Origin: Myxococcota bacterium
GTDB taxonomy: Bacteria > Myxococcota > JACRCW01
Length of the DNA: 27,131 nucleotides
Direction of reading: 5' to 3'
Assembly (NCBI GenBank): GCA_040752415.1
Contig: JBFMGU010000144.1
Span: 1 to 27,131, forward strand
Under the pieces are notes generated by a model, which saw nothing but the letters and a program-made list of their open reading frames with translations, ran no database searches and was not told the origin of the DNA. Position 1 is the stretch's first letter. Each line of letters begins with the position of its first letter. Positions 17,730-26,022 of the stretch are shown here, in pieces. The position numbers were made by a program, and so were the translations under genes.

Positions 17730-19793
17730 TCATAGACACTCCCCGGAGAACGAAGGGTCACAGACCAGTGTTGGAAAGATGAATTCATTGCAGTGTTCCC
17801 ACTCGCAGTAGTCGCCGGCGACTCCGCCCCAGCGGAACTTCGAGGCGCTCGACGGAATATCGAAGAGGCGAACTCCGAGATCAAAGGGGTTGAAGTCTCC
17901 GTTGCCATCAAGGAGAACCGCCGTATTGAAGTTGGCGCCCGGGAAGCGCCTGCTCACAGACAATGACCATGCAGGCCCGGGATGGGTTCCAGCAACAACA
18001 CTGGCGTAGTCCGTGACGCCGATAACCATGGCGTCTTGGAGGGAGTTGGTTCGGTTGCAAGCACCCGGAGTAATGGTCTGTGCTGCGGCATTCACGGTAA
18101 ATGGGCAAACAACCATCTTCAGATCCTTGTCCTCCACAGCGTTCTGGAACTCGTGGAAGATTAGGCGACAATCATTGCCGGACTTGATGTGATTGTGACA
18201 TGCAATATCGAATGGGCCTATCGGAGCAACATCAAGGATGTTGGTAAAAGTGAAATTCGTTCCGACTCCGGTGTCACTATTCAGGTATGGACCAGCACGA
18301 CGCGGGGGACCGAATGCAAACCCTGCCGCTGCGGGGTCATTTCCATTGGAAACCAGGAACTGGATTTGATGACGGGCGTCCGCAAACGCGATCACGTACC
18401 GATGTGAGGCATTATCAAATGCAACTCGCGGCTCCGACTTGGAGAGGGTGCCACCGGCAGGCGTGATCGTGTTGACCCCTACCCATTGCATCGTGTCCAT
18501 GTTCAATCGTGCGAATTGCGGGAACATCCCTGGATTGCTCCACACCACGACCGCTGAGCCATAGGTTGTCGCTCCTTCCCGCGAGAACGCGATGTCGGGG
18601 TTGGTAAGGGCAGTGCCATTGCCCGACGGCAACAGCGCTGTCGTTGTCAGGTGGAGCTGAGGGCCTTGCGAGGAGCTATTGTCGTCCATGGTCCATACCC
18701 TGATGGTTCCATCAGTTGATCCAGTCCTCTCGGTTGTGACCATGACACAGTCAGGAATGTCTTGGTCGCCTGCGCAGGCTAGTCGCGGAGGCGTCAAAGA
18801 CCTCGGCGCCGGAAGGCCGAGTTCCCGGGTGAAAGCGACAGTGCTGCCCGTTGTGATGTTCCCGCTGCCATCAATCACACCGGGAATGTACTTCACATCG
18901 ACGAGGTTGCCGCCACCGAACGCAGCGCTTCCGCTTCGCATGGATACGATATCCTCACGCGTCAGCTCCAGCGACGCTGCGCCTGCGGTCTGACAGACTA
19001 TCGGCCCTTCCTGCCCCGTGCTCGGCGACGCGACACATGGCGGTGTGGTGGAGCTTGGATCATTGGATCCAAAGCAGTGGACGAATTCATGCATCGCTGT
19101 TCGGTGAAACAGGGAGCCCATCGGAGGGGGACCCCCGATTTCCTCCCAATCGAGACCTGTCGGAGGTGGACCGGGCTGGTTGCCTCTTCCCGAGAACGAC
19201 CGCGGGATGGGGCGGCCGGCACACATGTCACCGCAGCCCGGGGGACATGGTGGAAAAGGAAATGCCCCACATCCGGGAGGACATAGTGGATTATTGTTCA
19301 CGCACAGGTTGCCCTGAAACGAGATGTCGCATTCGCTTCCACTAAACGCAGCCGCATGTGCATTGATGCAATTGGTTGCGCATCCTGGCGGGCACTGTGG
19401 AAAGCCGCTTGGCAGGCACCCAGGTGGGCATCCGTTCCAATTGCAGCACGTCGGTCCCGGACAGACCATGTCATGATACGTGAGGACACTATTGCCGTCG
19501 GGAACCAGGTCTTTCGGAACCCAAGAGTCCGGCGTCGAGTCCACTTCCACGGCGATGTCTGTTCTCGCGGAGCGATTCCAGAATTGCGTCACACGATCAA
19601 GGAAGCTCGCGGCTTGCGCCGTCGTTAGCTCTTCGCCGGGAAACCAGGATACCCCTGCACCGAATGTGTCCTTTACGTGGTATGTCTCGCGTCCTGCAGC
19701 CAACGTCGTCACGCCGAAGGGATAAAGTGCGGCTGCGGTTGAAGCTGCAAGAACCACCGAGCCCGCGATGACCCCGATTAATAGCCGCTTCAC
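17730..19793 (-). CDS. Secreted metzincin-like zinc metalloprotease with CPPGC repeats and probable beta-rich C-terminal domain
   Basis: Signal peptide MKRLLIGVIAGSVVLAASTAAA; HEFVHCFGSND at 19059-19091; matrixin-like 'LTREDIVSMR'; GGAGG before the GTG start. Confidence 0.75.
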   Translation of the reverse strand: MKRLLIGVIAGSVVLAASTAAALYPFGVTTLAAGRETYHVKDTFGAGVSWFPGEELTTAQAASFLDRVTQFWNRSARTDIAVEVDSTPDSWVPKDLVPDGNSVLTYHDMVCPGPTCCNWNGCPPGCLPSGFPQCPPGCATNCINAHAAAFSGSECDISFQGNLCVNNNPLCPPGCGAFPFPPCPPGCGDMCAGRPIPRSFSGRGNQPGPPPTGLDWEEIGGPPPMGSLFHRTAMHEFVHCFGSNDPSSTTPPCVASPSTGQEGPIVCQTAGAASLELTREDIVSMRSGSAAFGGGNLVDVKYIPGVIDGSGNITTGSTVAFTRELGLPAPRSLTPPRLACAGDQDIPDCVMVTTERTGSTDGTIRVWTMDDNSSSQGPQLHLTTTALLPSGNGTALTNPDIAFSREGATTYGSAVVVWSNPGMFPQFARLNMDTMQWVGVNTITPAGGTLSKSEPRVAFDNASHRYVIAFADARHQIQFLVSNGNDPAAAGFAFGPPRRAGPYLNSDTGVGTNFTFTNILDVAPIGPFDIACHNHIKSGNDCRLIFHEFQNAVEDKDLKMVVCPFTVNAAAQTITPGACNRTNSLQDAMVIGVTDYASVVAGTHPGPAWSLSVSRRFPGANFNTAVLLDGNGDFNPFDLGVRLFDIPSSASKFRWGGVAGDYCEWEHCNEFIFPTLVCDPSFSGECL

Positions 19794-20536
19794 AGGTCAC
19801 CTCCCTCGGCCAAGAACCGAACGAACTGTTCAAACGCAACGCCACGCTCAACGGGGCCATTCTGATCCCGAAGATTCACAAGAGCGTGGTCTTGGGCTGC
19901 GAGGTACACTTCGTCGTCGATTCGAGTCAGCATCAGGAGCACTTCGCTACCGACGTCACACGTCGGCTGGTGCGACACGAATTCCCACTCCGTCTCTGAC
20001 AATCGCCCTCCGGCCAAGCGAAATGACGCTGGAGGGTTGTTCTCCAGACGCTTGTACTCTGTCAAGACGGAGAAGTGGCAATCTGTAACGATGTGGCCTT
20101 CCGTGCCCAGCCAAGCGCCCCTGACTGGAACGGCACGTTCAAGACGTGCGGCAGCAACGAGAATGACGCCGGAGGCGTCAAACATGTTGGCGACAAAGTC
20201 TCCGCGGCCGGAGATCTCAGAGAGATTGGTTCCCCTCGGTTGATGCAGAGCCCAGGCCTCAACGCCCGCCGCTGCTCGATCGGGTGATTCAGGCTGGGCG
20301 CGCAATTCGGGCCAGTCGCACACACCGTCTGCCTCAATCCAGCACTTGTCGTCTATGCAGCACTCAATGCTCGACGGCTGCGTTTCGGGAACTGCGCTTC
20401 TCGGAGTGCGGTTTGCGCTCTTACCCGGTCTGGAACTGTCCTGCTGCGCCAATGCCGCGCTTCCGACAACCGCCACGAACATCGGTGCCGCCAACACCAA
20501 CGCCTTCGAACGGCTCCGCCCAAGCATCTGCCACAT
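19790..20536 (-). CDS. Secreted hypothetical protein coupled to the metalloprotease (possible prodomain or inhibitor-like beta-barrel)
   Basis: AAGGAG Shine-Dalgarno; signal peptide ending ALA; 'IVTDCHFSV...YK...LAGG...P...VGSEVLLML' pattern; GTGA overlap with the protease. Confidence 0.7.
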   Translation of the reverse strand: MWQMLGRSRSKALVLAAPMFVAVVGSAALAQQDSSRPGKSANRTPRSAVPETQPSSIECCIDDKCWIEADGVCDWPELRAQPESPDRAAAGVEAWALHQPRGTNLSEISGRGDFVANMFDASGVILVAAARLERAVPVRGAWLGTEGHIVTDCHFSVLTEYKRLENNPPASFRLAGGRLSETEWEFVSHQPTCDVGSEVLLMLTRIDDEVYLAAQDHALVNLRDQNGPVERGVAFEQFVRFLAEGGDL

Positions 20537-21220
20537 CCTCGGCTCCTTGGTTCCTAGAATTCGCGTGAAACTGAGAGATACTTCGAAATCTGCTTAATCT
20601 CTAGCCTAGGCGGAGGCGATATGCAAGCACGCCTACCGCAAGCACGGTTCCGCAGGTGGGGCTCGGCAGGCCAAGTCGCGCCAGTTTCTCGCTGCGAAGC
20701 GCTTCAGAGTCACTTCAGGAATCCGTTCCGATAGGCCTGCATCGCAATCCGCGTGCCCACATGCCTTGGGTGGACTCAACGCAACTAAACTACAGTTGCA
20801 GGTCCACGCATTCAGTGGGGAAGACTCAGAGACGATGCCAGCGGCCGTGATGCTTCGCGCCCTGAACTCGTGCCAGCCCCCCCTCCTTCATCGGATGGTT
20901 CTCGCGGTCGGTATGGACTCGACGCAGTGGTTGCTGATGCTTGGTCGCATCACCTGGGTGAAACGCGCATCAGATGGTCCGGGCTCCACTCACGAGCGGG
21001 ATGCACCGAGCCCAGGGTGTTCAGCTTGGTCCTTTGTGGGCAGGAACCCTGCCGGCGCGGTGCGCAGCCGCATGGTCTCCGGCCCACCCGGAGATCCTTT
21101 CCGGGCCGCGGTGGTCGGATGTCCGGGATGCGGTAAACGCGCTCCGGGGCGCGGTCCCCACTTTTCAGGGGTACGGTCCGGAGCATTCCGGGGTTGGAGT
21201 CAGGTGTTCGGCGACCTCGT

Positions 21221-22210
21221 TCAGCCCTGACCGCCCTCGCCGGAAGTCACCAACACGCGCTCATCAGGAGCTGCAATGAGGCCCTCGTCCTCGTCGGCGG
21301 CGGGCCCGGTGCCGGTCCGCCGCGTGGGGAAGATCTTGTCCAGGGCGTAGCGCTTGGCGCGCGTGGGATCCCCGGAAGAGATGGAGCGACCCCACAGCCC
21401 CACGTAGGTGAGGTTGTCAAAGAGCAGCCGCTTCACAGCCGCGCGCCGCGTGTTGGCCGTGACCTTGCCGTCCGCCGCCGCCTCATCACCTTCAATGAGC
21501 GACTGCAGGACCCCCAGCTTCGCTTCCAGGTCCTCGATGAGCCTGAGCGTGTAGTCGCGACCGTTGAACTCATCCAGGCGCCTCCGCGCGGTACGCGCAG
21601 CCCGGCCTGCCGCGGAGAAGAGCGCGTAGGGATCGTCGTAGGTACCGGCCAGTGAGAAGCCACTGAGCGGGATGCCGCTGGCCTGGGCGCGCAAACCCAG
21701 CTGCGCGCGCGCATCCACCACATTGCGCTTCGCAATCTCGATGTCCTCGCCCACGACTTCTCGATCCATGCTGAGGTTGATCGAGTCGTCGTCAATGGTG
21801 GTGAGGTTACCCACCAGGAGGTCCATCCAGTCGAAGTCGCGGACGGTGATGGGTGTTTCCTGCTCAAGGAACTCATCGAGATCCTCGCGCCCCTCCTGCA
21901 TCTCCCGGGCATCCGCTTCCAGACGGGACTTGGGGTAACTGCAATAGTCGCTGGAACGCTTCCTCGGCTTCTGCACCCAGCGCCGAATCTCCCGCTCCAG
22001 CGCGGCCTGATTGATCTCGCCCGGCGGTGGCATTCCCGCGTTCCCTTCCACGACCCCTTGGCGGTTCGTTGTCCGGCGAGAAACACGAACCGGCTGCGCC
22101 GGCGCCGCCCGCCGCTGGGGCGCCGACTTGCGTGGTGCCGCCTTCTTGCTGCCCACTGCCCTCTTGCTGACCGCCGCCTTCTTGCTCCCCGTCGCCTTGC
22201 GCGTAGCCAT
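21221..22210 (-). CDS. Hypothetical protein with histone-like Lys/Ala/Arg-rich N-terminal tail
   Basis: GGGAGG Shine-Dalgarno; GSKKAA x2; helical, acidic C-terminal two-thirds. Confidence 0.8.
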   Translation of the reverse strand: MATRKATGSKKAAVSKRAVGSKKAAPRKSAPQRRAAPAQPVRVSRRTTNRQGVVEGNAGMPPPGEINQAALEREIRRWVQKPRKRSSDYCSYPKSRLEADAREMQEGREDLDEFLEQETPITVRDFDWMDLLVGNLTTIDDDSINLSMDREVVGEDIEIAKRNVVDARAQLGLRAQASGIPLSGFSLAGTYDDPYALFSAAGRAARTARRRLDEFNGRDYTLRLIEDLEAKLGVLQSLIEGDEAAADGKVTANTRRAAVKRLLFDNLTYVGLWGRSISSGDPTRAKRYALDKIFPTRRTGTGPAADEDEGLIAAPDERVLVTSGEGGQG

Positions 22211-22280
22211 CGGATCGCCTCCCTTTTGTGCGTCTTTTCCGTTACGCCAGGCACGACGTCAAGCCGACGCGTGAACCAGC

Positions 22281-22419
22281 GTCACTTCCCCGACTCACCG
22301 CCACCAGCGCGGAATATTCTCCGTGGGAATCTGCCCGGCGGGCTGGTCGAGCTTCCCCAGCGGCATCCGCTCCAGACGCGGGCAGCTGGGCGCTGTCTTT
22401 GCGCGGCGTGCCAGAGATG
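22281..22419 (-). pseudogene. Frameshifted copy of the 3' end of the gene ending at 23401
   Basis: Manual alignment to 23400-23542: about 116/143 identical with three small deletions; includes the stop codon. Confidence 0.9.
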
Positions 22420-22491
22420 GGGATTGGCGTGGACGCCGACGTGCGCATTGCGAGCCTGCGCGAGCTGCCCGCGGTCCTGGGGCCGGCCTGA
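22419..22491 (+). pseudogene. Copy of the 3' end of the HAD hydrolase gene
   Basis: 68/73 identical to 16313-16385, ungapped, ending exactly at TGA. Confidence 0.93.
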
Positions 22492-22604
22492 CGCTTGGAA
22501 CATCTTGGATGCAAGCGGCGGACGGGAAACTCCGGTTCCGGCCCTTCCCCGACTCCCCGATGGCACGCGTTGGCGCGCTGCGACGCGGATGTTACGTTGG
22601 CACC

Positions 22605-23375
22605 ATGAGCCGCCAACCACGCCGCGACGACGCGCAGGGACCCTTCCGGGCCTACGAGGTGCCCGAGGAGTCCCGCTACGAGCTCTCGCACGGGCATCCC
22701 GTGGAGTGCGCGCCCGCGGGCGGCCGGCACGCCATTGCCAACGCCGCCGGTGCCATGGTCCTGGCTTCGGACCCCGCCGTCGACAGCGCGGGCGTGGACG
22801 CCGGCTATTCCCCCTCGGAGGACACGCTGCGCGCGCCGGACCTCTCGGTGGGAGGGGTTCCCCGGGCACCCGGTTGGATCAAGGGGGTGCCGCCGCTCGC
22901 CGTGGAATACGTGGATTCCGGCCAGGACGAGGAGAAGCTGGCGGACAAGATCGCTGATCTCCTGTCGGCGGGGACCCAGCTCGTGTGGGTGGTGCGCCTG
23001 GCGGGCCCAAGCCGGGTGGAGGTCCATGAGCGCGGGAAGGCGGTGCGCATGATGCTGCCCGGCCAGCTCCTCGAAGCCCCGGGCGTGCTGCAGAACCCCG
23101 TCCCGGTGCAGGCCCTCTACGAAGGAGAAGCCGCGCTCCAGGCCACGCTAAGCAACCTGCTCCAGCGGCGCGGCTACCAGGACCTGGAGGCCGTCAGGAG
23201 CGAAGGCAGGACCGAAGGCAGGGCCGAGGCGGTGCTGACGTTGCTGGCGGCCCGTGGCATTGGCGTCCCGGACGCGGAGCGCAGCGCCATCCTGGCGTGT
23301 CGCGACCCGGCCACGCTCGAACGCTGGCTGGTGCGGGCGGCCACCGCCGAGCGCCTGGACCAGGTCCTGCCCTGA
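22605..23375 (+). CDS. Uma2 (DUF820) family endonuclease with Rpn-type C-terminal tail
   Basis: 'RYELSHG', 'RAPDLSV', 'PPLAVE', 'AGTQLVWVV'; tail EGRTEGRAEAVL...LERWLVRAATA. Confidence 0.85.
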   Translation: MSRQPRRDDAQGPFRAYEVPEESRYELSHGHPVECAPAGGRHAIANAAGAMVLASDPAVDSAGVDAGYSPSEDTLRAPDLSVGGVPRAPGWIKGVPPLAVEYVDSGQDEEKLADKIADLLSAGTQLVWVVRLAGPSRVEVHERGKAVRMMLPGQLLEAPGVLQNPVPVQALYEGEAALQATLSNLLQRRGYQDLEAVRSEGRTEGRAEAVLTLLAARGIGVPDAERSAILACRDPATLERWLVRAATAERLDQVLP

Positions 23376-23400
23376 CGGCGTGGCCCCGCCCGGCCCACGG

Positions 23401-24963
23401 TCACTTCCCGGCCTTCACCGCCACCAGCGCGGAATACGCCTCCGCGGGAATCTTGCCGGCCAGCTCGTCGATGCTCCCCAGCGGCATCTTCTCCAGGCGC
23501 GCGTGCAGCTGGGCGCTGTAGTCGCGCGGCATGCCGGGGATGAGGTCCAGCTCCCACGGCAGCGCGGCGTTGAGATTGAACACCAGCGGCACCTCCACGC
23601 CCCCGCGCACCACCGTCACCGAGGGTAGGCGCACCATGATGGCCGGGCCCACCGCGCCGTCGGGGAAGCGACCTCCGCTCAGCACCTCCTGCGTCACGTT
23701 CAGCGCCGCGCCCGCCGCCTCCAGCGTGCCCACACTCCGCGTGTCCGCCGTGCGCGCGAACGTCCCGCTCATCAGTGCGCGCAACGCCGCCTCGCGCTCG
23801 CCGGGGAAGGCCAGGGTGAACGCCTCCACCACGGTGTGGATGCCGGGCATGGGCGGCGGGTTGGGCTGCCCCAGCCGCTCGTGCAGCGCGTGGAGGATCT
23901 TCAGCTCCACCACCAACGTCGGGGAGAGCTTCCTGGGGTCCAGGTCCTCGGGCACCTTCCCGCCGTGGAATGGCGCAAAGAACGAGGACGCCGGCACGCC
24001 CAGGCCCACCGCGGGATCGTCGCCCAGCGCGTTGAGGACGTTGGCCACCACGCCGGCCACGCACACCATCTGGCTCCCGCGCCACACCTCGCCCCGTTGC
24101 GGCGGCCGCTGGCGGGCCCAATCGTCGAGGAACGCACCCCGCGCCTGCGGCGTATCCAGGGCTCCCGGCGGCTCCGGCGCGCGGTACGCGTAGCGACCAC
24201 CCATCACCGCCGCCACGCGCGCCGCCGCGTCGTCCTTGGCGCCCTCCACGCTGCCCGGCGGCCCCAGCTTCCCGCTGCGCGAGGCCCGCCGCGCCACCGT
24301 CTCCACGTGCAGCCCGTAGCCCTCCACCAGCGCGCTCACCGGGTCGGACACGAACCACGGGCTCCCCACCAGCGTGGCCCGCCACTCCGCCGGCACCTCC
24401 CGCACCACGCGGTCCAGCACCAGCCACATGGACAGTCGTGCAATCCGCCCCGCCAGCGACTGCTCCAGCGTCCCGCTCGGCACGTCCAGGTCGGCGGCGG
24501 GCAGCGGGGTCCACAGCAACTCGGGCGCCGGTTTGTCGTCGTCACCCTCGCGCAGGAACGCGCCGCGCTGCGGCAGTCCCTCGGGCGCGCCCAGCACCAC
24601 CGCGCTGGCGCCGCCCGCCGTGGCCACCAGCGCCTTGTCCGCACCCTTGCCCTCTCCCAGGCGCGTGCGCAGGTAGGTCTTGAGCTGCTTGAGCACCGCG
24701 ACGCTCTCGGCGGCGTGCTGCTTGTCCAGGGCCTCCTGCGCGGCCACCGTGACGGCGTCGTCGGGGGCGGCGCGTTGCAGCACCGGCCAGCGACCCCCGC
24801 CGGGCGCATCCGCCAGCAACACCTTGCCGCCTTCACCGGTGACCGGACGCAGCAGCAGCACCGTGTCGGGCGAGCCCACCGCGGACTTCCGACAACCCAC
24901 CGCGCCAAGCACGGCGAACACGACGAGACAGGACACCAGCCGGGAGTGCATGACCGTGTGCAC
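23401..24963 (-). CDS. Lipoprotein with C-terminal helix-hairpin-helix (ComEA-like) domain; alternative start ATG 24951
   Basis: GGAGG 5 nt before GTG 24963; AVGC lipobox; 'FNLNAALPWELDLIPGM...LGSIDEL' HhH pattern. Confidence 0.75.
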   Translation of the reverse strand: MHTVMHSRLVSCLVVFAVLGAVGCRKSAVGSPDTVLLLRPVTGEGGKVLLADAPGGGRWPVLQRAAPDDAVTVAAQEALDKQHAAESVAVLKQLKTYLRTRLGEGKGADKALVATAGGASAVVLGAPEGLPQRGAFLREGDDDKPAPELLWTPLPAADLDVPSGTLEQSLAGRIARLSMWLVLDRVVREVPAEWRATLVGSPWFVSDPVSALVEGYGLHVETVARRASRSGKLGPPGSVEGAKDDAAARVAAVMGGRYAYRAPEPPGALDTPQARGAFLDDWARQRPPQRGEVWRGSQMVCVAGVVANVLNALGDDPAVGLGVPASSFFAPFHGGKVPEDLDPRKLSPTLVVELKILHALHERLGQPNPPPMPGIHTVVEAFTLAFPGEREAALRALMSGTFARTADTRSVGTLEAAGAALNVTQEVLSGGRFPDGAVGPAIMVRLPSVTVVRGGVEVPLVFNLNAALPWELDLIPGMPRDYSAQLHARLEKMPLGSIDELAGKIPAEAYSALVAVKAGK

Positions 24964-25114
24964 GTGGTCCTCCCCATGCGTCCGCCCCAAGGCCACAGCG
25001 CCCCTGCCTCGTCGGACGACGGTGCCGGACCTGTAGCACGGCGGGGCGGGGGGCGTCGTAGACGGCGTCTGGGGGTGGCGCGCGGGAGCACAAGGTTGCA
25101 GTCTTCTGGAGTCC

Positions 25115-26002
25115 ATGCCCAACGCCCTGCGCTCCGTGCTGCTCGCGTGCCTGACGGTCTCCCTGCTTGGCCTGGGGGCGCCGGCCGCCGTGTACGCGCA
25201 GGGCCTGCCCGAGGAGGCCGCGGCCTCGGACCTCGACGACGAGCTGGAGCTGGGCGAGCCCCCGCGCGCTCCCGCGCCGCGCTCCGCCGTCCCGCAGCGT
25301 GCCGGCTCGCTCTGGGACGCGCCCTTCCAACGCGTGCTGCTGCTCTCCGCCGTCACCACCCTGGGGGGCGTGGGCGCGCTGGTGTTGGGCGCGGCGTTGG
25401 GGAGCATTCCCGGCGCCACGATGATGCTGATGTCGTTGCAGCAGGTCGGGAGGGGGGACCCCAGTGGGTGGAGTGTGATGTTCCTGGGGATGATGGCCGC
25501 GGGAGCGGGGGCGGCGTTGGGCGCGGTGGTGGGCTACGTGCTGGCGCGCGCGCTTCTTCCGTGGGTGACGCCGTTGCCCGGCGCCTCGCTGTTCCCCAGG
25601 AAAGCCGCCGACACTCCCGTGGCGCTCGTCTTCAACGTCGTGGATGGCGCGGCGCACGTGGCGTTGGTGACGTTGGTGGGCGTCCTGGGCGCGGCCCCTT
25701 GGGCGCTGTGGATCGGCGCGCTGTTCCTCACCGCCGGCACGGGCGGCGCCGCCAACCCCGCGTACGCCTGCCTGGGTTGCGGTTACTACATCCTGCCCTT
25801 CGTCACCGGGGCCGCGGTGATCCTCACGCCGCTGGGCCTCGTGGCGGCCAACGCAACCTCGCCGGTGATGGCGCTGCTCATCTGGGAACAGGTCACCTAT
25901 GGCATGCCGCCCGGCGGCCTGGGTCCGTTCTCCCGTCGGGGGAGCGCCACGCCCACGCGCCGTCCGCAACCCGCGCAGGACCAGCTCGACGAGGAGGAGT
26001 GA
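25115..26002 (+). CDS. Hypothetical membrane protein with signal peptide and Gly-rich transmembrane helices
   Basis: Signal ending AYA-like 'VYA'; acidic/Pro linker; 4-5 hydrophobic segments; GC3 bias. Confidence 0.75.
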   Translation: MPNALRSVLLACLTVSLLGLGAPAAVYAQGLPEEAAASDLDDELELGEPPRAPAPRSAVPQRAGSLWDAPFQRVLLLSAVTTLGGVGALVLGAALGSIPGATMMLMSLQQVGRGDPSGWSVMFLGMMAAGAGAALGAVVGYVLARALLPWVTPLPGASLFPRKAADTPVALVFNVVDGAAHVALVTLVGVLGAAPWALWIGALFLTAGTGGAANPAYACLGCGYYILPFVTGAAVILTPLGLVAANATSPVMALLIWEQVTYGMPPGGLGPFSRRGSATPTRRPQPAQDQLDEEE

Positions 26003-26022
26003 CCCCTCCGACGAGAAACGCG

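Larger units (their letters stand above)
16420..21000. other. Lower-GC, probably horizontally acquired island; no integrase seen; boundaries approximate
   Basis: Loss of host GC3 bias (e.g. 27/60 G+C at 18181-18240, against about 70% in the flanks); four co-oriented exported-protein genes. Confidence 0.75.

Noticed and set aside
20537..21220. Short ORFs or an ncRNA in the long intergenic region
   Set aside because: No recognisable motifs, ribosome-binding sites or RNA structure by eye; an Rfam search would be needed.
16313..22491. Prophage or integrative element with attL/attR in the HAD 3' end
   Set aside because: No integrase or phage genes, and the additional copy of the opposite flanking gene is not explained by simple site-specific integration.
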